From Coriobacteriia bacterium (GTDB lineage Bacteria; Actinomycetota; Coriobacteriia; Coriobacteriales; UBA8131): 64,000 nt of DNA. How positions within the stretch are numbered: the first letter of the stretch is position 1; each line of letters starts with the position of its first letter. Of this stretch, positions 1-10,687 are shown piece after piece. The notes beneath the pieces are model-generated. The model had not been told where the DNA came from and did no database searches. It saw only the letters and a program-made list of their open reading frames with translations. Location of the stretch: positions 14,773 to 78,772 of the forward strand of contig WQXH01000003.1 in assembly GCA_009784945.1 (NCBI GenBank), given 5' to 3'. The position numbers and the translations under genes were made by a program.

Positions 1-2079
1 GGCATCATCCAAACAGCGCGCGCCAGCGGGCTTTTGAAGTTTCCGGTGCCGTATGCGCTCACCAACTGCCATAACTCACTTTGTGCGGTAGGCGGAACGA
101 TAAACGAAGACGACCATGTTTTTGGTCTCAGCGCTGCTCATAAATATGGAGGAAACTACGTGCCCGCAAATGTAGCTGTCATTCACCAGTTTGCCAGAGA
201 GCGCATGACCGGCGTAGGCAAGATGATACTCGGCAGCGATTCTCACACACGCTACGGCAGCTACGGCTGCATGGGCATAGGTGAGGGGGGCGGAGAGCTG
301 GTCAAGCAGCTGCTTTCCAACAGCTATGATTTACCCCAACCAGAAGTGGTGCTTGTTTGGCTTACTGGATCGCCAAAGCAAGGCGTAGGACCTCATGATG
401 TGGCACTGGCGCTCGTGGGAGAAACCTTCAAGGATGGCAGGGTTAAAAATAAAATCCTTGAGTTTGCCGGACCGGGCATCGTCAACCTCAGCATGGACTT
501 TCGTGCAGGCATAGACGTAATGACAACCGAAACAAGCTGCCTGTCATCCATCTGGCCCTCTGATATTACCACTGCCTGTTTCTACGACATGGTAGGACGC
601 AGCCAAGACTTTGAGTTAATGGGCGTACTGGACGGAAGCTACTATGATGCCTTCGTCCAGATTGACCTGGATAAGGTGGAGCCGATGATTGCGCTTCCGT
701 TTCATCCCTCAAAGGTCTATCCGATTGCAGAGCTCAAAGAAAACACCGTAGACATCTTCAGGCAAATCGAAGAAGAGGCAAACGAGGAGTTAGGCGGTCA
801 AGTCAAGCTTGACCTCCAGCGCCACATTGATAAGAACGGCAGCGTTCTTTGCAGCCAGGGCACCATCGTTGGTTGCGCCGGTGGCCTTTATGATAATCTT
901 ACTGAGGCGGCTGCCATTCTCAGGGGAGGCAATATCGGAAACGGCTACTTTAGCCTCTCCGCCTTTCCTGCTTCAGAGGCAGTCAACTACTCACTCGTAA
1001 AAGATGGCACGTCAGCCATGCTCATGGAGGCGGGTGTCATTATGAAGCCCGCCTTTTGTGGCCCATGTTTTGGAGCAGGTGACACTCCAAGCAATAACGC
1101 TCTCTCTATTCGTCATGCAACGCGCAACTTTGCCAACAGAGAGGGAGCCAAGCCAGGCATGGGTCAGGTATCGGCTGTGGCCTTGATGGACGCGCGCTCG
1201 ATAGCAGCCACTGCGCTCAATCAGGGGCGTCTGACTGCTGCCACCGAGTTGGACTACGAGGCTATTGGCAAGCGCCCCAGGCCCAACTGGCAAGACAGTT
1301 ACCAGGGTGGTGTATATGACAAACGCTGTTACTTTGGCTTTGGCAAGGAAGACTCCAGCTATGAGCTACGCCTTGGTCCTAACATCGTAGACTGGCCGAG
1401 CATGCCGCCCTTGGGAGAAGACCTTCTATTAGAGTTGGCAGCAGTCATCCATGATCCTGTCACCACCACCGACGAGCTCATTCCTTCGGGAGAGACTTCC
1501 TCATATCGCTCTAACCCCCTGGCGCTGGCCGAGTTTACGCTTTCGCGCAGGGCACCAGATTACGTGAAGCACGCTCAGCACATTGCCAGCAAGGCAGCTG
1601 AGCTGAGCAGCGGCAGCCCTACCGCAGACATACAACGTTTACTCAAAGTTCTCGGCGCAGACCCCGCAAGGACTCAGCTAGCCTCCGCCCTCTTTGCCAC
1701 CAAGCCTGGCGATGGTTCGGCAAGAGAGCAAGCGGCCTCTTGCCAAAAGGTGCTCGGCGGCGGTGCCAACATTGCCAGCGAGTACGCAACCAAGCGCTAT
1801 CGCTCTAACTGCATCAACTGGGGCCTGGTACCTTTTACCTTAGGCAAAGACAGTGCTTTTAACTACAAGCCCGGCGACTTCATCTATATACCCAACATCA
1901 GAGCAAGCATATTGGAGGGCAAAGAGGAGTTGAGCGCTCAAGTCATCAGCGGAAGAGGTGTTACAAGCCTCACTCTCTACTGTAGGGGTCTGAGCTCCAC
2001 AGAGCGGCGTATTTTGGTAGATGGCTGCCTCATCAACTACTACGCCAGGCTGCGTAAAGAAGAAGAGGGCTCTGCCTGA
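1..2079 (+). CDS. Aconitase-family hydratase (YbhJ-like), 5' end outside window
   Basis: Frame open from base 1 (GIIQTARASG...). Motifs LTNCHNSLCAVGGTINEDDH, DSHTRYG, GCAGG, CGPCFG, GDGSAREQAASCQ. Confidence 0.9.
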   Translation, partial: GIIQTARASGLLKFPVPYALTNCHNSLCAVGGTINEDDHVFGLSAAHKYGGNYVPANVAVIHQFARERMTGVGKMILGSDSHTRYGSYGCMGIGEGGGELVKQLLSNSYDLPQPEVVLVWLTGSPKQGVGPHDVALALVGETFKDGRVKNKILEFAGPGIVNLSMDFRAGIDVMTTETSCLSSIWPSDITTACFYDMVGRSQDFELMGVLDGSYYDAFVQIDLDKVEPMIALPFHPSKVYPIAELKENTVDIFRQIEEEANEELGGQVKLDLQRHIDKNGSVLCSQGTIVGCAGGLYDNLTEAAAILRGGNIGNGYFSLSAFPASEAVNYSLVKDGTSAMLMEAGVIMKPAFCGPCFGAGDTPSNNALSIRHATRNFANREGAKPGMGQVSAVALMDARSIAATALNQGRLTAATELDYEAIGKRPRPNWQDSYQGGVYDKRCYFGFGKEDSSYELRLGPNIVDWPSMPPLGEDLLLELAAVIHDPVTTTDELIPSGETSSYRSNPLALAEFTLSRRAPDYVKHAQHIASKAAELSSGSPTADIQRLLKVLGADPARTQLASALFATKPGDGSAREQAASCQKVLGGGANIASEYATKRYRSNCINWGLVPFTLGKDSAFNYKPGDFIYIPNIRASILEGKEELSAQVISGRGVTSLTLYCRGLSSTERRILVDGCLINYYARLRKEEEGSA

Positions 2080-2095
2080 GCGATTGGCATCAAGG

Positions 2096-2119
2096 AGGGG
2101 TATCAAGGAAATGCCCCTG
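2096..2119 (+). terminator. Possible stem-loop after the hydratase
   Basis: aggggtat...atgcccct inverted repeat just after the stop; no strong U-tract. Confidence 0.3.
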
Positions 2120-2221
2120 ACACTCACGTTAAAGTGAGGACCTTGATTCCCCCGCGCTCTTTGTGGCTTGTTTTGCTACAATTATGTGTTCGTGTGTGCC
2201 AGTTAATCTACAGGAGGCGTA

Positions 2222-2770
2222 ATGCTCAATATCTATACACCTGCATATGTTCCCAGCGGTCAAGAAAAAGCCGTGTTTCACACTAATAAAGGGAGCATCA
2301 CCATACAGCTTACTGGTAAGGATGCGCCTATTCATGTAGGCAACTTTGTTGAGCTGGCAGAGCAAGGGTTTTACAATGGGCTCAAGTTCCATCGTTATGA
2401 GCCGGGTTTTGTTATCCAGGGTGGCTGCCCTCATTCACGTGAGTACAGCACAGAAGAGTTGGCACGTGGCTTGAGCGACAGACAAAGAGGCATTCCTGGA
2501 ACCGGCGGTCCCAATCACAATATTAAGGGCGAATGGCTCACGAATCCCAACAACAAGCATCTGGACGGCACCTTGGCTATGGCTAGATCACAGGCACCAG
2601 ACTCCGCAGGTTCACAATTCTATTTCTGCTTGGGCTCACAAAGTTTTCTTGATGCAAACTATACGGTTTTTGGCAATCCCCACGATGATGAGAGCTTACG
2701 CATCATCCACACGTTGGCAAAAGGCGATGTAATCGAGTCCGTTGAGATTCTTGATAAGGCAGCCGAGTAG
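2222..2770 (+). CDS. Cyclophilin-type peptidyl-prolyl cis-trans isomerase
   Basis: FYNGLKFHRYEPGFVIQGGCP, GTLAMARSQAPDSAGSQFY, YTVFG; RBS aggagg. Confidence 0.95.
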   Translation: MLNIYTPAYVPSGQEKAVFHTNKGSITIQLTGKDAPIHVGNFVELAEQGFYNGLKFHRYEPGFVIQGGCPHSREYSTEELARGLSDRQRGIPGTGGPNHNIKGEWLTNPNNKHLDGTLAMARSQAPDSAGSQFYFCLGSQSFLDANYTVFGNPHDDESLRIIHTLAKGDVIESVEILDKAAE

Positions 2771-2827
2771 CTCTGTGCAGCTCATGCAGCTAAAAGTAGC
2801 CGGTGAAAGCCACAACACCAAAAGGTT

Positions 2828-4171
2828 TTGAGAGGAGCAGCTTTTTTGAATAGCGCAAATTATAGCCGGGCAGAAACTGCTTACAAAAAAGGCGACTACG
2901 TAAACGCCCTAAAGTCATTTTACACCGCACTTAAAGAGGATAATGCCAGCCTTGCCCCCGGCGAGGTAGGGCTGCTCTATTACCGCATAGGCAATTGCCT
3001 GCTCAAGATGTACACCTTTAACGAGGCAGCCATTAGCTACCAAAAGGCATTGGAGGACAAGTGGTTTTGCTCTCGAGCTGCTGCTCAGGTCAACTTGGGC
3101 AAGGCACAGCTGGGGCTTGGGAGGTTTGAAGATGCAGTTCAGTCTTTTAATGCCGCTCTTGCAGACAACAGCTACACAAAGCCCTACCAGGCTCAAATGG
3201 GTCTTGGCAGTGCCTACACAAAGCTGGGTATGATTGTTGATGCAGGCACCGCCTATCGCAATGCGGCACTGGATGAGAGAAACCCTAACCCCCCTAAGGC
3301 GCTCATGAGCCTGGGTGGCTGTTTTATGGCTCTTGAGCGACACGAAGACGCTATTGAGACTTTTAATGCCATCTTTGAATTTGACCCCCAGCAAGCTGTG
3401 GCTCAAAAAGCCTACGAAAGCCTGGGTCAGGCCTTTTGCGCGGCAGGTCATTATTCTGAAGCGCTTGAGGCTTTTGACAGGGCGCTTGAGCCGGGCAGCT
3501 TTAATCTGTCAGCACCAGCTCAGGCAGACTACAACAAGGCTTTGCAGGCATCTGAGGAAGATGCTTCTTATCCCGCCGCCAATATGGCAGGATTTGATAC
3601 TACCAACTACGGCGACGAGGAACTGGAGCACGATCCGTTCTTCGAGACCAATGGCACCTCGGTTTATGGCGCCGGAAATGTGCCCACCGCCAATGATACC
3701 GGCTTTTTTGATGTTCAGGAATCCGAGCTCGTAAAGCTTTCAAAGAAGCAGATGAAGGGTCAACGCAAGCTCAGGCACACAGGCCTCAAAATCGTTCTCA
3801 CCATAGTCATCCTTCTTATCCTAGTGCTGGGGGCGGCTGTTTTTGCCTACACGCAAGGGTACGGATGGCCAACGCAAGAAGCGGTTGTCAGCGGCATCTT
3901 TGATGCCAATGCTCGCGGTGGGGATACCACACAGTATTGGGTGGGCGCAACCGAAGAGGAGCAACAAGTCATCGAGCGTATAATGGACATGGTGCCGCCA
4001 ACAACAGCGGTTGACATCATATATATGAATAGGGGCATGGGTAGCACCGAAGCTGTTGTTGCAGCACAGCTGCAACAAGGCGGTACGGTGCGCTACCAGA
4101 TTGCCATGGAGCGTGACGGCCTCGGCTGGAAAATCAGCAGCCTTGACCTCTTCTTTGCTTCTCGACAGTAA
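2828..4171 (+). CDS. TPR-repeat protein with C-terminal transmembrane segment (start may be TTG 2846)
   Basis: Repeated TPR-like helices, acidic linker, hydrophobic IVLTIVILLILVLGAAVF. Confidence 0.85.
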   Translation: MRGAAFLNSANYSRAETAYKKGDYVNALKSFYTALKEDNASLAPGEVGLLYYRIGNCLLKMYTFNEAAISYQKALEDKWFCSRAAAQVNLGKAQLGLGRFEDAVQSFNAALADNSYTKPYQAQMGLGSAYTKLGMIVDAGTAYRNAALDERNPNPPKALMSLGGCFMALERHEDAIETFNAIFEFDPQQAVAQKAYESLGQAFCAAGHYSEALEAFDRALEPGSFNLSAPAQADYNKALQASEEDASYPAANMAGFDTTNYGDEELEHDPFFETNGTSVYGAGNVPTANDTGFFDVQESELVKLSKKQMKGQRKLRHTGLKIVLTIVILLILVLGAAVFAYTQGYGWPTQEAVVSGIFDANARGGDTTQYWVGATEEEQQVIERIMDMVPPTTAVDIIYMNRGMGSTEAVVAAQLQQGGTVRYQIAMERDGLGWKISSLDLFFASRQ

Positions 4172-4239
4172 CGTTACAGAAACAAAAAGTAACGCAGCAG
4201 TAATCAAATGAGTTACCAGCAACATTAGGAAGGTACGAT

Positions 4240-4641
4240 ATGACAGAAAAGACATACGCTATGCTTAAGCCCGATGCAGTAGCGGCTGGCCATATAGGCG
4301 AGATCATCTCTCGATTTGAGAATGTGGGGTTAGTAATAGAGCGCATGGAGCTTGCCACGCTCACACCCCAACAGGCTGCTGCTAATTATGCAGAACATGA
4401 GGGCAAGCCGTTTTATGAGGGATTGGTTCAATACGTAACCTCTGGACCCGTTGTAAAGCTTGTGCTTGCAGGGGAGGGCGCGGTGGCCATAACGCGCAAG
4501 CTGATGGGTGCCACGAACCCAGTTGATGCTCTTCCAGGTACTATCCGAGGTGATTTTGGCCTTGTCATGGATGCCAATGTGATTCATGGTTCAGACTCTC
4601 CCGAATCAGCCGAGCGAGAGATAGCGATCTTCTTTGATTAA
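4240..4641 (+). CDS. ndk: Nucleoside-diphosphate kinase
   Basis: MLKPDAV, PGTIRGDFG, NVIHGSDS. Confidence 0.97.
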   Translation: MTEKTYAMLKPDAVAAGHIGEIISRFENVGLVIERMELATLTPQQAAANYAEHEGKPFYEGLVQYVTSGPVVKLVLAGEGAVAITRKLMGATNPVDALPGTIRGDFGLVMDANVIHGSDSPESAEREIAIFFD

Positions 4642-4743
4642 AGGGCGTTGGAGCAAAGATAGTTGTACTATCGCCATTAAGAAACACCAGATTCTTGTAG
4701 TATCGATACCTATAAGAGGAAAAGAGTAGGAGCTCGGACAGAA

Positions 4744-5784
4744 ATGTCTTTCTTTGATAACTTGTTCAGCCAGTGGAGCTGTGATATGGCCATTGACCTT
4801 GGCACTGCCAATACCTTGGTGGCTATTGCTGGCGAGGGCATTGTGCTTGACGAGCCCAGCGTAGTGGCCATAGACAATGAGGTTAACAGGGTGCTCTCGG
4901 TAGGCTCCGAGGCTCGTGAAATGATAGGTCGCAACCCCGGCAATATTTCTGTGGAGCGCCCCTTGGCAGACGGCGTCATTGCCGACTATGATGTTACCGA
5001 GGCCATGCTCTCTTACTTCATCAACAAGGCAAATCCAAGAACTCGACTGTGGCAGCCTAAGCCACGCATCGTCATTTGTATTCCCTGCGGAGTTACTTCG
5101 GTAGAAAAGCGTGCCGTCTTTGAAGCTACTATCCAGGCCGGTGCCCGCCAAGCCTTTCTTATTGAGGAGCCTATGGCTGCTGCCATTGGAGCGGGACTGC
5201 CGGTAGAGGAGCCCACCGGTTCAATGGTTGTGGACATTGGCGGAGGAACAACCGAAATTGCAGTCATCTCTTTGGGGGGCATTGTAACCTCACGCTCTCT
5301 TAGAACGGCAGGTAATGAATTTGACGAGGCGGTAGCCCGACACGTCAGAGAAGTATACGGTCTCAACATTGGTGTGCGCACTGCTGAAGACATCAAGATT
5401 GGCATTGGATCTGCCATGCCCATCACCACGGGAGAGATGGACATGGAAATTTCTGGACGAGATCTTTCCACCAACCTACCACGCTCCGAGAACTTGCAAA
5501 GCGAAGACATTCGCGATGGCCTGAGAAGTCCACTCAGCGACATACTCATTGCCATAAAAGAGACTTTCCTAGAGACTGATCCAGACTTGGCAGCAGATAT
5601 CATTGTAAATGGTATTTTGCTTACCGGGGGAGGAGCAATGCTCAAGGAGATGGATCGATTTTTGGCAAACTTCTTGGATGTTCCGGTGTACGTGTCGCCG
5701 ACAGCCTTTACCAATGTAGTAGTAGGTTGTGCCATGGCCTTGGAAAACCCACAGGCTTTACAGCGTTCTTATACGCAACGATAG
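4744..5784 (+). CDS. mreB: Rod shape-determining protein MreB
   Basis: DMAIDLGTANT, IEEPMAAAIGAG, VDIGGGTTE, LTGGGA. Confidence 0.97.
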   Translation: MSFFDNLFSQWSCDMAIDLGTANTLVAIAGEGIVLDEPSVVAIDNEVNRVLSVGSEAREMIGRNPGNISVERPLADGVIADYDVTEAMLSYFINKANPRTRLWQPKPRIVICIPCGVTSVEKRAVFEATIQAGARQAFLIEEPMAAAIGAGLPVEEPTGSMVVDIGGGTTEIAVISLGGIVTSRSLRTAGNEFDEAVARHVREVYGLNIGVRTAEDIKIGIGSAMPITTGEMDMEISGRDLSTNLPRSENLQSEDIRDGLRSPLSDILIAIKETFLETDPDLAADIIVNGILLTGGGAMLKEMDRFLANFLDVPVYVSPTAFTNVVVGCAMALENPQALQRSYTQR

Positions 5785-5814
5785 TACCGACTTTTACAGA
5801 AAGGTTGCGCGCTC

Positions 5815-6801
5815 TTGCCGCTCCTCAATCAAACACCGAAGAAGCTGACCGGTGGCGTGCTCGCCGTAGTGTTATGCGCCATCTCTATGGGGCTCATAAC
5901 GCTCTGGTCTTATGAAGGGGGAGCCTCGGCAAACGCCTCTGGCACACTTCACAGTTTGCGTGGAGCTGTTTCTACCATAGTCATGCCTTTTGATCGAGCC
6001 AGTTCTTTTGTTGGGCAGTCAACCGACGCGCTTGGCACATTGGCAAGTGACACAACTGCAAGCACCGAAACGCTCGGCGAACTCCTGGCACAAAACGAAG
6101 AGCTGGCTGCATTGGTTATGCGTCTTGAGGAGTATCGACTCGAAAACGAACGCCTCTCGGCGCTTCTTGAGCTTGCCGATGTCTATAGCCTTGAGGCCAC
6201 GGGCGCACGTATTCTCAGGACGTCCATCGACTCCTATAATCAAACCATCATCATAGACAAAGGAACTCTAGACGGCCTGGCAGTAGGCATGCCGGTCATG
6301 AGCCCCAACGGTCTTATTGGGCAAATTGAGTCGGTGGGCTTGGTAACCTCGCAGGTGCGCCTACTGACCGATCCCAACTCCGGCGTTGCCGTCATCATTC
6401 AAGGAAGCCGCATTGAGGGAGTCTTGGACGGCTCTCACTCTCGCCTTCTCTATCTCAACTACATTTCTCTCGATGTTGCAGTCAAGCCGGGAGATGCCAT
6501 AATAACCTCCGGCGCCGGTGGCATATATCCCAAGGGTATTGTCATAGGCGAGGTTACTTCGGTCAATTACGCACCCTCGGATGTGTATCAAACCATTGTG
6601 GTGCGACCCACTGCCAGAGTAAAGCACTATGAGGAAGTGCTGGTGCTCACTGGCAGACCTTCTGAGGTGAGCTACAGCTCGCATGCCGCAGACCCTGCAG
6701 AGGGCACAGAAAACATCGACGATGCTGCGAGCACAGACGAGCAGGCTGAGCCACAAGACGAGCCAGGAGACGCTGCCAGTCAAGTAGGTGATGAGCAATA
6801 A
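5815..6801 (+). CDS. mreC: Rod shape-determining protein MreC
   Basis: N-terminal TM, coiled coil ENERLSALL, IIDKG..DG, TSG.GGIYPKG; follows mreB. Confidence 0.93.
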   Translation: MPLLNQTPKKLTGGVLAVVLCAISMGLITLWSYEGGASANASGTLHSLRGAVSTIVMPFDRASSFVGQSTDALGTLASDTTASTETLGELLAQNEELAALVMRLEEYRLENERLSALLELADVYSLEATGARILRTSIDSYNQTIIIDKGTLDGLAVGMPVMSPNGLIGQIESVGLVTSQVRLLTDPNSGVAVIIQGSRIEGVLDGSHSRLLYLNYISLDVAVKPGDAIITSGAGGIYPKGIVIGEVTSVNYAPSDVYQTIVVRPTARVKHYEEVLVLTGRPSEVSYSSHAADPAEGTENIDDAASTDEQAEPQDEPGDAASQVGDEQ

Positions 6802-6818
6802 ATACGGGTCAATCAAAG

Positions 6819-7364
6819 ATGAGCGTTACTATAGTATGCGCCCTTATAGCCGTTGTATTACAGCTGATAGTGGCGCCTGCCATTACAATAGCGGGAGTTG
6901 TTCCCAACTTTATCATGGTGGCAGCCGTTATTCTTGCCATGCATCACGCGCCAGTGCGCTCAATGCTCACGGGCTTTTTCCTCGGCTTCATCTACGATCT
7001 TTGCTCGCTTGGCCCCATGGGAGCCATGACCCTGGTACTTACCATCTTGTCATTCATTGTTAGCTCAATCAACAAGGATGCCATTGGCGGCGGAGTCCTC
7101 GTAGAAATCTTCGTTCTCTTTGCCGTTGTTACCTTGGGAGAGCTGCTGACCAGTGTTATCTACTCGGTAGCGGGAGTTAATCCAGAGTTTTTACTCTCAC
7201 TCATATATCGGGTGTTGCCCGCCATTGTCATCAACACGGTTATTGGCTGTATTCTTACACTTATCTATAACGCAGTCCTCATGAGCAAATCCACAAATAC
7301 GCCCCTGGGCATGGGCGCGGGCAGAAAAAAAGGACGCTCGATCTCTCGAAAGATATATAAGTAA
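6819..7364 (+). CDS. mreD: Rod shape-determining protein MreD
   Basis: Multi-TM protein with GFFLGFIYD; lies between mreC and mrdA. Confidence 0.88.
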   Translation: MSVTIVCALIAVVLQLIVAPAITIAGVVPNFIMVAAVILAMHHAPVRSMLTGFFLGFIYDLCSLGPMGAMTLVLTILSFIVSSINKDAIGGGVLVEIFVLFAVVTLGELLTSVIYSVAGVNPEFLLSLIYRVLPAIVINTVIGCILTLIYNAVLMSKSTNTPLGMGAGRKKGRSISRKIYK

Positions 7365-9451
7365 TGAGCGCCTACCTACTCTCTGGCCTTCTTGCCCTGG
7401 TAGTTTTTGCTCTGGTTGTCCTGGCGTACTTCATTGCACGCTATCTTTATAAGAATCGCCGTAAAAAGAGTGTTTACAAACCCTCCTTTGTGCGGGCTGA
7501 CAAGGATATGATCAAGGATACCGAGCAGCTTCGCGGCTCAGCAAGCCTCAAGGATCGTACGAGCAAGCAGGGGAGAGGACGCTTTTACGCCTTTGGAGTT
7601 CTTATCGCTGCTGTCTTTGGCACCTTGACGGTGAGGCTTTGGGGCCTTCAAATTCTCGAGCACGAAAAGTATGCAAAGCTCTCGAATGAAAATATGATAG
7701 TACAGGTTTCTTTGCCAGCCAACCGAGGACGCATACTCGATCGCAATAGAAATGAGCTGGTCGGAAACCGCCCTTCCATAGCTATTACTGGCAAGCGTTC
7801 GCTTGCCAATGACTCTGGCTTGGTAAGGCGGCTGTCTTTGGTCCTTGGCATTCCCGCTGGCATTATTCGACGTAATCTTCTTGATGACTCAGAGGGCGTG
7901 CAGTCCGACCACTCTATTGCCACCGATGTGCCTATGGAAACGGTAGCCTATATCCGTGAGCACCCCACGCTTTTTAAGGGTATCAATGTGGAGCCACGAA
8001 CGGTACGTTACTACCCTTATGGCTCTCTGGGTGCTCACATTCTTGGCTATACCGGCCCGGTGACTGAGGAATTTCTCAAAAACCAAACGGGAGAAGAGCC
8101 TATTCCCTACAAAGGGGGCGACATCATAGGAAGAGATGGTGCCGAAGCCACTTTTGAGAATCTGCTTAAAGGTATGCATGGCGAGAGGCTCTATGTCGTT
8201 GATGCTTCAGGAAACCCCATCGAGGTGAGAAGCGAGATTGAGTCTGCAAACGGAGATGATGTGGTTTTAACCCTGGATGCCAACTTGCAGCGCGAGACCG
8301 ACAAGATTCTCATGGACATCATCAATCTGGTAAAGAGCCACAATGGAAACGATAACTGTAACGCCGGCGCCATTATCTGTATGGATGTAGAAGACGGCGG
8401 CATACTGGCTTCTTCGAGTCACCCCACTTTTTATCCCTCTGACCTTACCAGAGGTATTTCTACGGAGCTCTGGGAGGAGCTTAATTCAAAGGAGTCTGAT
8501 TATCCTCTCACGAATCGTGCGGTGAGCGGGCTCTATCCTGCTGCATCAACCTTTAAGATATTTACGTCTTTGGCGGGCCTGGAAAACCACATGATAGCTG
8601 ACGACACAACCTTTGTGTGTAACGGATGGTGGGACATCTATGGAGATGAATGGGGTCAGCGTTGCTGGATATTTCCTAATGGACATGGCACGGTGGATCT
8701 TGAGGAATCCATCAATGTGTCCTGCGATGTCTTTTTTTATCAGGTGGGAGCTGCCTTTTACGAGCAGTGGTTTGCGCTGAAAGATACTCCTGACAACGAG
8801 CGCCCCAACCCCTTTCAAGACTACCTTGCTACCTGGGGCTTTGGGTCTTTGACAGGCGTGGATATTCCTGGAGAGGCTCGAGGTCGTATCCCTAACGCAG
8901 AGTGGAAGTGGGAGTATTTTGCCGATACCCCAGAGGAGGCCAAGTGGCAGCCTGGTGACATGACTAACATGAGCATAGGCCAAGGAGATCTTCTCGTTAC
9001 TCCACTCCAGCTCTGCAACGCCTTTTGCACCTTTGCTCGCCGCAAAGCCCTTAAGCCGCATCTGTACAGTCACGTACTTGATGACGAGGGCAATGCGGTG
9101 GCGCGCTACAAGCCCGAGGAGATGGATACCCAGCCAGTGTATGACCTGAAGTATCACGCCCGTGTTATGGATGGTATTAAAAGGGTAGTTGCCCGCGAAG
9201 GCGGGTTTGATGCCATCCCCGTGCCAGTAGCCGGTAAAACAGGCACCGCAGAAGTTGCTGGCAAGGATGACTATTCGTGGTTTGTGGGCTTTGCACCAGC
9301 TGATGATCCCAAGTACTGCGCCCTGTGTGTCATCGAACAGGGCGGAAGCGGCGCCTTGGTAGCCATGAACGGAGTCATTCAAACCTTTGCACGTATCTAT
9401 GAGGTAGATGCTGGCGAAATCACCGTGTGGCAAAACAGAAACGAGCGCTAG
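7364..9451 (+). CDS. mrdA: Penicillin-binding protein 2
   Basis: RGRILDRN, YPAASTFK (SxxK), SCD (SxD), GKTGTAE. Confidence 0.95.
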   Translation: MSAYLLSGLLALVVFALVVLAYFIARYLYKNRRKKSVYKPSFVRADKDMIKDTEQLRGSASLKDRTSKQGRGRFYAFGVLIAAVFGTLTVRLWGLQILEHEKYAKLSNENMIVQVSLPANRGRILDRNRNELVGNRPSIAITGKRSLANDSGLVRRLSLVLGIPAGIIRRNLLDDSEGVQSDHSIATDVPMETVAYIREHPTLFKGINVEPRTVRYYPYGSLGAHILGYTGPVTEEFLKNQTGEEPIPYKGGDIIGRDGAEATFENLLKGMHGERLYVVDASGNPIEVRSEIESANGDDVVLTLDANLQRETDKILMDIINLVKSHNGNDNCNAGAIICMDVEDGGILASSSHPTFYPSDLTRGISTELWEELNSKESDYPLTNRAVSGLYPAASTFKIFTSLAGLENHMIADDTTFVCNGWWDIYGDEWGQRCWIFPNGHGTVDLEESINVSCDVFFYQVGAAFYEQWFALKDTPDNERPNPFQDYLATWGFGSLTGVDIPGEARGRIPNAEWKWEYFADTPEEAKWQPGDMTNMSIGQGDLLVTPLQLCNAFCTFARRKALKPHLYSHVLDDEGNAVARYKPEEMDTQPVYDLKYHARVMDGIKRVVAREGGFDAIPVPVAGKTGTAEVAGKDDYSWFVGFAPADDPKYCALCVIEQGGSGALVAMNGVIQTFARIYEVDAGEITVWQNRNER

Positions 9452-9453
9452 TC

Positions 9454-10680
9454 ATGCCTGTTACCCCACGCCTACAGTCTTCGCCTAGCAACCGATCTGG
9501 CGCACAAGCCGGGTTTCGCCTGGGTGACATCATACGAAGCCTGAGCTTTCCCGTTTTGGCAGTTGCCTTGATCTTGGCAGCCTACGGGTTGCTCATAGTG
9601 TGGTCGGCAACCTATGGATTGAGCGAATACAACTACAATCGACAGCTCATGGGCGTAGGCATTGGCATTTTGTTGATGTTGGTGATTTGGCGGATTAAAT
9701 ACAACCGCTTTTCTTCGCTCACCTTTGTGTTTTTTGGCATCTGTGTGGTGCTTATGCTTCTCCCGCTTGTGCCTGTTATTGGTCAGACCATCAGTGGTGC
9801 GCGCAGATGGGTTTTGATCTTTGGTTTTCAGTTTCAGCCATCGGAGTTAGCTAAGATATTCTACATACTGTTTGCCGCTTCGTTACTGGCGCGCTACAAG
9901 GGGCGTTTAGACTCGGGGTCTGAGTATCTCAAGTGTTTTGTTTTGTTGCTGGTTCCTATCTTTTGTGTCATGCTCCAGCTAGACTTGGGCACTTCCATGG
10001 TACTTTTTGTCATCGGCATGGCAGTAATGTTTGCTGGAGGAGCCAACAGGCGCTGGTTAATCATATCCGTGGTGGCTCTTGGTGCCACCTTTGTTTCGTT
10101 TTTGGTTTTGGATGGCTTTCTTGACGAGCTCATGGGCAGGGATGTCTTTATACAAGACTACCAAAAGGACCGCCTCTTGGTTTTCCTTAACCCCGAGCAC
10201 GACGTAGACCGCGCAGGTTACAATCTCAGGCAGGCTCAGATAGCCATAGGCTCAGGCGGGCTTTTTGGAAAAGGCCTCGGCAATGCTACGCAAAGTGGTC
10301 TGGGCTTCTTGCCCGAGGCACCAACTGACTTCATCTTTTGTGTGTTGGCCGAGGAGTTTGGCTTTGTAGGCTCTATGGCACTCATTCTTCTTTACGCCAG
10401 CTTGATGTTCTTGGTATTACGCGTGGCGTTTAACTCCTACGATTTCTTTGGCACTCTCATCATTACGGGAATCCTGAGCATGTGGATATTTCAGATTATG
10501 GAAAACATTGGTATGAATCTGGGTCTTATGCCCATTACAGGCATTCCTCTCCCCTTTATGAGCTATGGAACATCGTCCATGCTGGTCAATTTTATAGCGT
10601 TGGGCTTTATTCTCTCGGTTTGGGCACATCGCAATCCGGTAAAATCTAATGTCTCCCAGCCTGGGCGCAGGGTACAATAG
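9454..10680 (+). CDS. rodA: SEDS peptidoglycan polymerase RodA (alternative start GTG 9427)
   Basis: FQPSELAK, IAIGSGG, LPEAPTDFIF, TGIPLPFMSYG. Confidence 0.95.
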   Translation: MPVTPRLQSSPSNRSGAQAGFRLGDIIRSLSFPVLAVALILAAYGLLIVWSATYGLSEYNYNRQLMGVGIGILLMLVIWRIKYNRFSSLTFVFFGICVVLMLLPLVPVIGQTISGARRWVLIFGFQFQPSELAKIFYILFAASLLARYKGRLDSGSEYLKCFVLLLVPIFCVMLQLDLGTSMVLFVIGMAVMFAGGANRRWLIISVVALGATFVSFLVLDGFLDELMGRDVFIQDYQKDRLLVFLNPEHDVDRAGYNLRQAQIAIGSGGLFGKGLGNATQSGLGFLPEAPTDFIFCVLAEEFGFVGSMALILLYASLMFLVLRVAFNSYDFFGTLIITGILSMWIFQIMENIGMNLGLMPITGIPLPFMSYGTSSMLVNFIALGFILSVWAHRNPVKSNVSQPGRRVQ

Positions 10681-10687
10681 AATGAGA

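Noticed and set aside
8546-9433. Long antisense or alternative-frame ORFs (also 5013-5735, 10417-11160, 15672-16457, 48585-49349)
   Set aside because: They are shadows of well-supported genes and have no recognisable motifs.
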